In this document: positions 36,745-43,719 of the stretch, piece after piece | Layout: the number at the start of each line of letters is the position of its first letter | Position numbering within the stretch: the stretch's first letter is position 1 | NCBI GenBank assembly: GCA_964351455.1 | Contig: CAYGOU010000001.1 | Coordinates: forward strand, 18,130-61,848 | DNA: 43,719 nt | Reading direction: 5' to 3' | DNA from: an uncultured Porphyromonadaceae bacterium | Lineage (GTDB): Bacteria; Bacteroidota; Bacteroidia; Bacteroidales; UBA12481 | The notes under the pieces: model-generated | Told to the model about the DNA's origin: nothing | Database searches by the model: none | What the model saw: only the letters and a program-made list of their open reading frames with translations | Position numbers and translations under genes: made by a program

Positions 36745-37350
36745 TTATGGTTTAACAAATAGTTTGTTGGTTGCTTCAATAAAGCCGATAAGCTCTTCCC
36801 GGCCTAAACCACTGATTGCCGAAGTGTGATAAATGGCAGGGAGGATATCCCAGTCTTTGCGCAGCTCGCGGGTCAAAAGCGATTGATTGTGGATAAGCAG
36901 GTTGCGGGTTACTTTATCCGTTTTGGTATAGACCAGCGCAAATGGAATTCTGGCCTCACCCAAAAGAAAGAGAAAATCCATATCGATCGCCTGGGGTTCA
37001 AGCCGGCTGTCGATCAGGGTAAAGAGGGTCATCAGGTTGGGCCTGGTTTCAATGTATCTGAGTGAGAAGTCGTGCCAGCGGCTCTTATCCTTTTTTGACA
37101 CTTTAGCATAGCCGTAACCTGGCAGATCGACCAGATACCAGGCATTGTTCACCACGAAATGGTTGATGGTCTGGGTTTTTCCGGGTTTTCCTGAAACCTT
37201 GGCAAGGGTTCTCCGCTTGACCAGCATGTTTATGAGGCTTGATTTGCCCACATTAGATCTGCCAATGAATGCATATTCAGGCATAACCGGTTCCGGACAT
37301 TTGGCCGGATCGGTGCTCGAAACCATGAAGCTTACCTGGTTAATGATCAT
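36745..37350 (-). CDS. engB: ribosome-biogenesis GTPase EngB/YsxC
   Basis: G1 motif GRSNVGKSSLIN and G3 motif DLPGYGYA. ATG 37350 gives the usual length of about 200 aa and an 11-nt overlap with the manA stop. The track start at 37383 extends further into manA. Confidence 0.9.
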   Translation of the reverse strand: MIINQVSFMVSSTDPAKCPEPVMPEYAFIGRSNVGKSSLINMLVKRRTLAKVSGKPGKTQTINHFVVNNAWYLVDLPGYGYAKVSKKDKSRWHDFSLRYIETRPNLMTLFTLIDSRLEPQAIDMDFLFLLGEARIPFALVYTKTDKVTRNLLIHNQSLLTRELRKDWDILPAIYHTSAISGLGREELIGFIEATNKLFVKP

Positions 37351-38338
37351 CAGTTCTCTCCAGGTTTTCAACATATACTTCAATGACCCTTGATGGCAAT
37401 GAAGGGATCAGCAGAACCTGTTTTATTGCTGCCGGAATCAACACCGTTTCTCCCTTGCATACCAATACCTGGATGTCTTCACCCGTCTCAATCGAAAAGC
37501 ACCCTTCAAGGCAGATCAGAATGACGAAAGAGTCGATCTTGAAATAATCTTTCAGCAGGGGCTGCGAAAAGACCAGCAGATAGGAGGTAAAGTACGGACA
37601 TCTCAGCATCAGGTTGGATTGGTCGGTATGAGTCTGGTATGTAGTCTTAACCTCCGTCACCTGCTCAAAGCTGATGGCATCAAGGGCCAAATCGGTATGC
37701 AGCAGTCTGGGTTTACCATTTTTGTCGATCCTGTCCCAGTCATATATTCTGTAGGTGATATCGCTGGTTTGCTGGATCTCCGCGAAGAGAATCCCGGCTC
37801 CGGTAGCATGGACCCTGCCGGCAGGAATAAAAAACAGGTCGCCTGAGTGTGCCGGCACCTCATTCATGATTGTCTCAATAGATTGATTGTGAAGGTGGTT
37901 TAGGTAAGCGTCGCGGTCAAGCTTCTGGTTGAAGCCATTGTAGATCACGGATTCAGGATCCGCCTGCAGCACATACCACATCTCGGTCTTGCCATATGCA
38001 TTATGGCGCTCCCTGGCCAGTTTGTCGTCAGGATGCACCTGTATCGACAGGATGTCATTGGCATCGATAAACTTGACCAGCAATGGAAACTCCTGTCCGA
38101 AACGCTCATAAACCGAATCTCCGACGAGGTCTCCCATATAGACTTCAATCAATTCTTCAAGATCGTTGTTCTCAAGATAACCATTGGCCACTACCGAGAT
38201 GGATCCCTGTACCGACGAAATCTCCCAGCTTTCACCTGTTTTCTCAGGAGCATCCGTTTTGCCCAAAAGCTCCCTCAACTTTGAACCTCCCCAGATGCGA
38301 TATTGGTATTGGGGTTTAAACTTCAGTGGGTATAGCAT
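37340..38338 (-). CDS. manA: class I mannose-6-phosphate isomerase
   Basis: MLYPLKFKPQYQYRIWGG..., zinc ligand motifs LSIQVHPDD, KTEMWYVL and GRVHATG. ATG 38338 is preferred because the track TTG at 38428 lies upstream of the -7 box. Confidence 0.85.
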   Translation of the reverse strand: MLYPLKFKPQYQYRIWGGSKLRELLGKTDAPEKTGESWEISSVQGSISVVANGYLENNDLEELIEVYMGDLVGDSVYERFGQEFPLLVKFIDANDILSIQVHPDDKLARERHNAYGKTEMWYVLQADPESVIYNGFNQKLDRDAYLNHLHNQSIETIMNEVPAHSGDLFFIPAGRVHATGAGILFAEIQQTSDITYRIYDWDRIDKNGKPRLLHTDLALDAISFEQVTEVKTTYQTHTDQSNLMLRCPYFTSYLLVFSQPLLKDYFKIDSFVILICLEGCFSIETGEDIQVLVCKGETVLIPAAIKQVLLIPSLPSRVIEVYVENLERTDDH

Positions 38339-38417
38339 AGCCGGAAGCGTTTTTCTGGTGATTTTTCTGTTTATTTGGTGCTGACAAAAGACTGGTGCCG
38401 GATGAAGGTTTACCGGC

Positions 38418-38425
38418 CAAATATA
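38418..38425 (-). promoter_or_regulatory. -7 box for manA-engB
   Basis: The minus strand reads TATATTTG, an exact match, about 79 nt upstream of ATG 38338. Confidence 0.5.
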
Positions 38426-38455
38426 CAAATCCCCTTTTAAACCCCTATATTAAGT

Positions 38456-39070
38456 ATGCTTATCGTCGGAATTGCCGGAGGAACAGGTTGCGGAAAAACC
38501 ACAGTGGTCAAAAAGCTGATGTCGCTTCTCCGCTCGGATGATGTGGTACTGATGCCACAAGACTCTTATTACAGGGATAACAGTCATCTTCCGCTCGAAA
38601 CAAGGCAGAGACTCAATTTTGACCATCCGGATGCCATCGAGTGGGACCTGCTGGTCAGTCACCTGGCAGATCTTAGGGGAGGATTGATCATTCAGCAGCC
38701 ACTCTATTCTTATCTGACCTGTGTACGCTTACCCGAAACCAAGAGAATACCTCCAACCAAGGTGATCATCGTTGAAGGAATCCTGGTGCTGACCCATAAG
38801 GCTCTGCGTGATATGATGGACATCAAGGTTTACGTGGATGCCGATGCCGATGATCGTCTGGCTAGGGTCATCCGCAGGGATCTGGCCGAAAGGGGGAGGA
38901 CCGCTGACAAGGTGCTTGAGCGCTATGAACTGACGGTCAAGCCTATGCATCTTGAATTCATTGAACCCTCAAAACGCTATGCCGATCTGATTATACCTCA
39001 GGGAGGAGAGAACCAGGTTGGGATCAGGTTGTTGACCTCGCTCATCAGGGAGCATCTGAGGGACGAATGA
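38456..39070 (+). CDS. udk: uridine kinase
   Basis: 204 aa. P-loop IVGIAGGTGCGKTT, NFDHPDA and VIIVEGIL motifs. Confidence 0.95.
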   Translation: MLIVGIAGGTGCGKTTVVKKLMSLLRSDDVVLMPQDSYYRDNSHLPLETRQRLNFDHPDAIEWDLLVSHLADLRGGLIIQQPLYSYLTCVRLPETKRIPPTKVIIVEGILVLTHKALRDMMDIKVYVDADADDRLARVIRRDLAERGRTADKVLERYELTVKPMHLEFIEPSKRYADLIIPQGGENQVGIRLLTSLIREHLRDE

Positions 39071-39077
39071 TTCGGGG

Positions 39078-39884
39078 TTAATCCAGGATGAATCTCTTCA
39101 CCATAGCGGTGAACAGGGCTGGTTCTTCGGCATGCAGCCAGTGACCCCCGTTCTTGATGGTCGAAACCGTTGCCATTGGCAGCATCTCTCTCACACGGAC
39201 AACATCCTCTTCGGTAAAATACTGAGATTTGCCACCCCTGATGAAAAGAATTGGAAACTGCCTGAAAATATTGTGTTTGAGCGTTTCAGCATCCAGACCC
39301 CGAGCGATCTCAGGTAAGTGTTTTTCAAGCGCTTCAAGATTAATTCTCCACCTGAAACCTCCCTCTGGAACCCGGGTTAGGTTTTTCAGCATGAACTGAC
39401 CGAGCCGGAGGTCTGAAAATTTTTCGCTGAATGCCTTTGATGCCTCTCTTAGGCTCGCAAAACGCTCAACAGGCATCGATCTTAGGGTGCCGGTAAGTTC
39501 CCTGTGGAAACCTGTTTGCCTGGTGCGATTTTCCTTTTCTCCAAAATCAGCTGGGGAGATGTCAACCACGATCAGCTTTGAAATCCTCGATGGGTACCGT
39601 GAGGCGAATGCAAGGGCTGCTTTTCCTCCCATGCTGTGACCCATTAGGATGCATTTTTTTATTTCCTGTTGATCAAGAAAATCCAGCAAATCAGCAACAA
39701 GGTCGTCATAGGTATGAGAGTCGGTGTGGGGAGATTTGCCATGGTTTCTCTGATCGGGCAGGTAAACCGTGCAAATTCCTGCCAGCTCGCGGGCAATGGT
39801 CAGCCAATTGTCCCCCGAGCCGTAAAGCCCGTGAAGAATGACCAACGGGTGCCCCTGTCCGAGTTTCAGGAAGTGGAGCTTCAT
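39078..39884 (-). CDS. alpha/beta-fold hydrolase
   Basis: 268 aa. [10 protein letters not shown] oxyanion region, nucleophile elbow GHSMGG and a C-terminal GGHWLHAE (His). Confidence 0.85.
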   Translation of the reverse strand: MKLHFLKLGQGHPLVILHGLYGSGDNWLTIARELAGICTVYLPDQRNHGKSPHTDSHTYDDLVADLLDFLDQQEIKKCILMGHSMGGKAALAFASRYPSRISKLIVVDISPADFGEKENRTRQTGFHRELTGTLRSMPVERFASLREASKAFSEKFSDLRLGQFMLKNLTRVPEGGFRWRINLEALEKHLPEIARGLDAETLKHNIFRQFPILFIRGGKSQYFTEEDVVRVREMLPMATVSTIKNGGHWLHAEEPALFTAMVKRFILD

Positions 39885-40612
39885 ACGGGTAGCTGATGTC
39901 CCAGTTTGTGCCGGTATTGCCAGATAATGTTTTCGAGACCATAATATAAGGCATCCGAAATAAGGGCGTGTCCGATGCTTACCTCAAGAAGGTCAGGAAT
40001 TTGCTGGCTGAAAAACTGAAGGTTATCGAGATTCAGGTCATGGCCGGCGTTCAGTCCCAGGCGTTGCTCTCTGGCAGCCATGGCGGCCCTGACAAATGGT
40101 TCAATCGCTTTTTCCCGGTCGTGGTGATAACCCTGGGCATAGGGCTCAGTGTAGAGCTCAATCCGGTCGGCACCGGTGAAAGAGGCATGCATGACCATCT
40201 CCTCGTCGGCATCCACAAAGATTGAAACCCGGATGCCTTTTTCCTTAAAGAGACCGATCACATGCTGCAGATAATCCCTGTTCTTTTTTGTATTCCAGCC
40301 GGCATTGGAGGTTATGGCATCATGGGCATCAGGAACCAGCGTTACCTGTTCAGGCTGGATCTCCCGAACCAGGTGTATAAATGAATCGGTAGGATTTCCT
40401 TCAATGTTGAATTCGGTATGAACAAGGGGCTTGAGATCCCTTACATCCTGGTAACGGATGTGTCTTTCATCTGGTCTGGGATGTACCGTAATGCCTTGTG
40501 CACCGAACCTCTGACAGTTCACCGCTGCCTGCAATACATCCGGGATGCTGCCACCCCTGGCATTACGGAGTGTGGCAATTTTATTTATATTTACACTTAG
40601 TCTGGTTGTCAT
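39881..40612 (-). CDS. pdxJ: pyridoxine 5'-phosphate synthase
   Basis: [21 protein letters not shown]...[12 protein letters not shown]...NIEGNP...GHALI. ATG 40612 gives 243 aa. The track start at 40735 extends across the promoter and into the divergent CBS gene. Confidence 0.94.
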   Translation of the reverse strand: MTTRLSVNINKIATLRNARGGSIPDVLQAAVNCQRFGAQGITVHPRPDERHIRYQDVRDLKPLVHTEFNIEGNPTDSFIHLVREIQPEQVTLVPDAHDAITSNAGWNTKKNRDYLQHVIGLFKEKGIRVSIFVDADEEMVMHASFTGADRIELYTEPYAQGYHHDREKAIEPFVRAAMAAREQRLGLNAGHDLNLDNLQFFSQQIPDLLEVSIGHALISDALYYGLENIIWQYRHKLGHQLPV

Positions 40613-40635
40613 TTGTAGGTTTTTGATGGCAGACC

Positions 40636-40643
40636 CAAAGTTA
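40636..40643 (-). promoter_or_regulatory. -7 box for pdxJ
   Basis: The minus strand reads TAACTTTG, an exact match, 23 nt upstream of ATG 40612. Confidence 0.5.
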
Positions 40644-40659
40644 AGAATAATCCTTCTGT

Positions 40660-41325
40660 ATGCTTGCCAAAGACCTGGTTTCAGACAGCATCCCCAGGGT
40701 AATGACCTCGAATACCGGGGCTCAGGCCCTTTCATGGATGGAGCATTTCAGGGTCTCCCATCTCCCGGTTGTCAACGAGGCAGACTTTCTGGGCCTCATC
40801 TCGGATGCAGACATATCCACTCTGACCAATCCAGACGAACCCATCGGAAATCACAACCTTTCACTGTTCAGTCCTTTCGTTTTTCTCGATCAGCACCTCT
40901 ATGAGGTGGCCGAAATAATGGCAAGGCTCAATCTGAGTGTGGTTCCGGTACTGAATCCTCAAAAGAGCTATGCAGGATGCATCACCCAACAGGAGATGAT
41001 TGGGGCCTTTGCACGTCTCGCCGGCGTTGACCAGCCGGGGGCGGTCATCATTCTGAACATGACCATCCATGACTACTCCCTCTTTGAGATATCCCGACTG
41101 GTTGAAGAAAACGGTGCCAAGATACTCTCACTGTTTGCAAGCACATCGCCAGAAACGATGCGGCTTGAGCTCACCATCAAGGTCAATACCACCGACCTTA
41201 CCTCCATCAACAGGTCGCTTGAGCGTTACGGTTATGAAATAAGCGCAAGCTTCAGCCATGAGGATGCCATGGAAGAACTCTACCGGAGTCGTTTTGATGA
41301 ATTCATGCGTTACCTGAATACCTGA
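40660..41325 (+). CDS. CBS-domain pair protein with an additional C-terminal domain
   Basis: 221 aa. Two CBS-like repeats ([21 protein letters not shown]; [23 protein letters not shown]) followed by a domain of about 80 aa. Confidence 0.8.
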   Translation: MLAKDLVSDSIPRVMTSNTGAQALSWMEHFRVSHLPVVNEADFLGLISDADISTLTNPDEPIGNHNLSLFSPFVFLDQHLYEVAEIMARLNLSVVPVLNPQKSYAGCITQQEMIGAFARLAGVDQPGAVIILNMTIHDYSLFEISRLVEENGAKILSLFASTSPETMRLELTIKVNTTDLTSINRSLERYGYEISASFSHEDAMEELYRSRFDEFMRYLNT

Positions 41326-41329
41326 AATC

Positions 41330-42235
41330 ATGAGTATTACGCCGCGCTTCAAACGGGTTCTGCTTTTCGGACACCATTTCCCGGATGAATTCAGAATTCC
41401 CTTTCGCCTGATGATGTCAAAGATCAGGGATCATAAGGTTGAATGTCATATTTATAAACCGCTTTATGACAAAGTTAAAGGGATGTTTGAAGATGAAGGA
41501 TTTGATGGGTTTTTTGTGCATCATGGGGATCTTACAGGACAGGATGAAGTGATGCTCAGCCTGGGGGGGGATGGCACCTACCTTGAGGCAGTTACCTTTG
41601 TTAGGGAAAGGACCATACCGATAGCCGGAATTAACATCGGACGGCTGGGGTTCCTGGCGGCCATCGGGCAGGATGAAATTACCACAGCCGTTGATTCCAT
41701 ACTTCAAGGCTTTTTTGAAATTGAGCAACGTGCCCTGATCCGGGTGGAGACCGAACAGGCTCTGTTCGGGGACTTCAATTTTGCCCTCAATGAGATTACC
41801 GTTCACAAGCGCGATGATGCCTCGATGATTACAATCCATGTGTGGCTTGACGGCAGATTCCTTAACAGTTACTGGGCAGATGGGTTGATTGTAGCAACAC
41901 CCACAGGCTCCACGGCATATTCGTTGAGCGTTGGAGGTCCCCTGGTACTGCCGGGTACAGGAACTTTTCTTCTTTCGCCCATTGCTCCTCACAACCTGAC
42001 GGTGAGGCCGCTGGTTTATAAAGATACCATGACGCTGACTCTCAAAATGGAGGGGCGAAGCGGAAAGGTGCTCGTTAGTGCCGACTCTAGGTCGGTGGTG
42101 GTAGATGACCATGTGGAGCTGAAAATCAGCAGAGCACCATTTAACATCCTCATCCCCAGGCTTAAGAACCATGATTTCTTTCAGACCCTTAGGGGTAAGC
42201 TGATGTGGGGGGCAGATAAACGAAACTGGGTGTAA
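41330..42235 (+). CDS. nadK: NAD(+) kinase
   Basis: 301 aa. GGDGT motif (LSLGGDGTYL), NIGRLGFL and the TPTGSTAYSLS(V)GGP motif. Confidence 0.93.
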   Translation: MSITPRFKRVLLFGHHFPDEFRIPFRLMMSKIRDHKVECHIYKPLYDKVKGMFEDEGFDGFFVHHGDLTGQDEVMLSLGGDGTYLEAVTFVRERTIPIAGINIGRLGFLAAIGQDEITTAVDSILQGFFEIEQRALIRVETEQALFGDFNFALNEITVHKRDDASMITIHVWLDGRFLNSYWADGLIVATPTGSTAYSLSVGGPLVLPGTGTFLLSPIAPHNLTVRPLVYKDTMTLTLKMEGRSGKVLVSADSRSVVVDDHVELKISRAPFNILIPRLKNHDFFQTLRGKLMWGADKRNWV

Positions 42236-42287
42236 CTTAATCCCACCCGGGCCCGTTTACCCCTAAAATTGATCAGTGAAAATATAC

Positions 42288-42295
42288 TATATTTG
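42288..42295 (+). promoter_or_regulatory. -7 box for the small barrel-like gene and uppS
   Basis: TATATTTG is an exact match on the plus strand, 60 nt upstream of ATG 42356. Confidence 0.5.
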
Positions 42296-42355
42296 CGCTT
42301 TGCCAGTTATTGTATGGAAAGGGAGTCAACTTTCCCGTCCAATTTGCAAAGAAAC

Positions 42356-42952
42356 ATGAAGCGACTGCCGATTCTGATAGGGATCATTATGGCAACCCTA
42401 CAGTTGCCCGCCCAACAGAGCAATGATTATGGATTGTTCATGGGGATGTCTCAGGAACATCTCTATACCATCCTTCCGATTGCTCTGCCCGGAACCCATG
42501 ATCTGGCGGCAGGAGCCTACTACCGTTTCAATTTTAACCCCAGGTATGCCATGCGTTTTGGGGTCAATACCGGAATGGTTGGAGGGTTTTCTCTTCAAAA
42601 GACTGATTTGCACGGGATGGTTGAGTTCAACTTCCTGCCCCTTGACCCAAGGAAAGAGAATTCTCAGGTTAGTACCTTCATTGGAGCAGGGTTGGGAATT
42701 TACCGGATGAGTCCGGCTATTCCCTTTAATCTTGGTTTGAAATACCAGGTTAATCCGCAACTGGGACTTACCTTCGAATGGGCGCTGCGTAAGGTTTTCG
42801 AGCCGCAGGACTATTTCGCAGGTACAGACAACATACCCAGTCTTATCCTCAGCAACTGGCACTCTTTCATTGGGGTCACCATGGGTTACACCATTATCAA
42901 ACGATGTAAAACCTGCCCCTTTTACGAGACGACCAGGAAAACCAAGAAATGA
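42356..42952 (+). CDS. hypothetical secreted beta-barrel-like protein (DUF6089-like, from memory)
   Basis: Signal peptide MKRLPILIGIIMATLQLPAQQ and Gly/aromatic-rich strand-like repeats. Sits in the nadK-to-uppS slot. The track start at 42269 is a TTG upstream of the -7 box. Confidence 0.55.
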   Translation: MKRLPILIGIIMATLQLPAQQSNDYGLFMGMSQEHLYTILPIALPGTHDLAAGAYYRFNFNPRYAMRFGVNTGMVGGFSLQKTDLHGMVEFNFLPLDPRKENSQVSTFIGAGLGIYRMSPAIPFNLGLKYQVNPQLGLTFEWALRKVFEPQDYFAGTDNIPSLILSNWHSFIGVTMGYTIIKRCKTCPFYETTRKTKK

Positions 42953-43686
42953 GTCTGAAAGACAAACTGATTCCGGAAAAACTCCCCAGCCATGTTGCCA
43001 TCATCATGGATGGAAATGGCAGATGGGACAAGAAGAAAGGCGCAGCAAGAATTTTCGGTCACCAGAACGGAGTTGTTCCTGTTCATGAGGTGGTGGAAGC
43101 CTCGGGTGAACTGGGTATTAAGTTTCTCACTCTTTATGCCTTTTCAACTGAAAACTGGGGACGTCCGCCTGAGGAGATAGAAGCCCTCATGAGTCTGCTG
43201 GTGTCGACCATCAAGAAAGAGACCAAAAAGCTCATGGAAAATAATGTAAGGTTGCTTACCATAGGCGACCTTCAGAAATTGCCAGAGGCTCCGCGCAAGC
43301 AACTTAAGATTCTCATGGAAAAAACATGTGAGAACAAGGGTCTTACAGTTATTTTGGCCCTTTCATACAGTTCGAGATGGGAAATTCTTAAAGCAGTAAG
43401 AGCCATTCAGGCAGACACACTTGCAGGTTTGATCACCCCAGAGGAGTTTAGCGAAAAGGTGTTTGAATCCTATCTGGTTACGGCCGGAGTCCCTGATCCT
43501 GAATTACTTATCAGAACCAGCGGGGAATACCGGATCAGCAATTTCCTTTTATATCAGCTTGCCTACAGTGAATTATACTTTACTCCCAAATACTGGCCTG
43601 ATTTTCGTAAGGAGGACTACTATGAGGCCCTTTTCAGCTACCAAACCAGAGAGAGACGATTTGGCCGGACCGGCGAGCAACTTTAA
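42949..43686 (+). CDS. uppS: isoprenyl transferase (undecaprenyl-diphosphate synthase)
   Basis: 245 aa. HVAIIMDGNGRW, FSTENWGRP and RTSGEYRISNFLLYQ(L)AYSELYF motifs. ATGA overlap with the preceding gene. Confidence 0.96.
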   Translation: MSLKDKLIPEKLPSHVAIIMDGNGRWDKKKGAARIFGHQNGVVPVHEVVEASGELGIKFLTLYAFSTENWGRPPEEIEALMSLLVSTIKKETKKLMENNVRLLTIGDLQKLPEAPRKQLKILMEKTCENKGLTVILALSYSSRWEILKAVRAIQADTLAGLITPEEFSEKVFESYLVTAGVPDPELLIRTSGEYRISNFLLYQLAYSELYFTPKYWPDFRKEDYYEALFSYQTRERRFGRTGEQL

Positions 43687-43699
43687 CCCCACATTCTCC

Positions 43700-43719
43700 A
43701 TGAGAAGAACCCTATTTGT
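43700..43719 (+). CDS. 5' end of the next CDS (partial), possibly bamA by synteny
   Basis: ATG at 43700 reads MRRTLF..., 13 nt after the uppS stop. Only 6 codons are visible, and the BamA guess rests purely on typical gene order. Confidence 0.25.

Noticed and set aside
41563-41570. G8 homopolymer inside nadK, a possible slipped-strand phase-variation tract
   Set aside because: It encodes the essential GGDGT motif (ctg ggg ggg gat ggc acc). The run is a by-product of Gly codon choice in an essential gene, not a contingency locus.
41417-42172. 251-aa ORF antisense to nadK, the longest unexplained ORF in the track
   Set aside because: It is entirely contained in the opposite strand of a well-supported nadK gene. 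Its translation is Cys/His/Arg/Pro-rich, has no recognisable motif and has no promoter box or upstream gap. It is a typical shadow ORF.
1-43719. Searched for CRISPR arrays, tRNA/rRNA genes, transposases, integrases, toxin-antitoxin pairs and long direct or inverted repeats
   Set aside because: None was found by eye. Every gap except 9667-10034 is under 200 bp. All sizeable ORFs are recognisable housekeeping genes or conserved hypothetical genes, and no repeat-spacer periodicity was seen.

Overview
This window looks like a compact, syntenic housekeeping stretch of a Bacteroidota chromosome. I do not see a clear accessory or defence island in it.

Gene content, in order:
- It opens with the tail of the ribosomal-protein cluster: (map)-infA-rpmJ-rpsM-rpsK-rpsD-rpoA-rplQ.
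- Next come a UbiD-family decarboxylase, a DsbD-like reductase, RNase G, a tiny basic bS22-like ORF and HU.
- ssb-gldE-gldD is followed by a GGGP-synthase homologue.
- A ychF-led block carries a phosphatase, an S8 protease and a small beta-barrel protein.
- tkt is followed by a trio of ECF sigma factor, membrane protein and periplasmic protein.
- hisS and hutH overlap.
- Two secreted proteins of unknown function follow.
- One plus-strand block holds an aldehyde dehydrogenase, an S9 peptidase, an SRAP protein and a DCC-family protein.
- The prs-ctc-pth block runs into a two-component system that is overlap-coupled to an Hsp15-like S4 protein and a DUF4924-like protein.
- The window ends with engB, manA, udk, an alpha/beta hydrolase, pdxJ, a CBS protein, nadK, a small barrel-like protein and uppS.

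The Bacteroidota assignment rests on four observations:
- gldD and gldE are present.
- There are no Shine-Dalgarno sequences ahead of the genes.
- There are nine exact TAnnTTTG -7 boxes, each 5-75 nt upstream of a start codon I prefer on independent grounds, plus a tenth on the plus strand about 330 nt upstream of ssb.
- The local gene orders are characteristic of the phylum.

I found no rRNA, tRNA, CRISPR array, transposase, integrase or prophage signature. Only one intergenic gap exceeds 200 bp (9667-10034).

Two genes fall below the ORF-track length cutoff and were read directly from the sequence: rpmJ (316-432) and a 30-aa Lys/Arg-rich ORF (9255-9347). Several track ORFs carry TTG or upstream-ATG N-terminal extensions. 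I trimmed these using signal peptides, neighbouring stop codons and the promoter boxes.

The items most worth a second look are modest:
- the pth / two-component system / Hsp15-like / DUF4924 coupling chain
- the ychF-phosphatase-protease-barrel block
- the bS22-like ORF and the perfect 14-bp hairpin in front of RNase G
- the structured long HU-ssb spacer
- the roughly 100-aa bipartite basic-then-acidic tail on L17
- the hisS-hutH overlap
- two orphan secreted proteins, one SLT-like and one carrying a Tyr-rich segment

All functional calls come from motif recognition by eye. Nothing was searched against a database.
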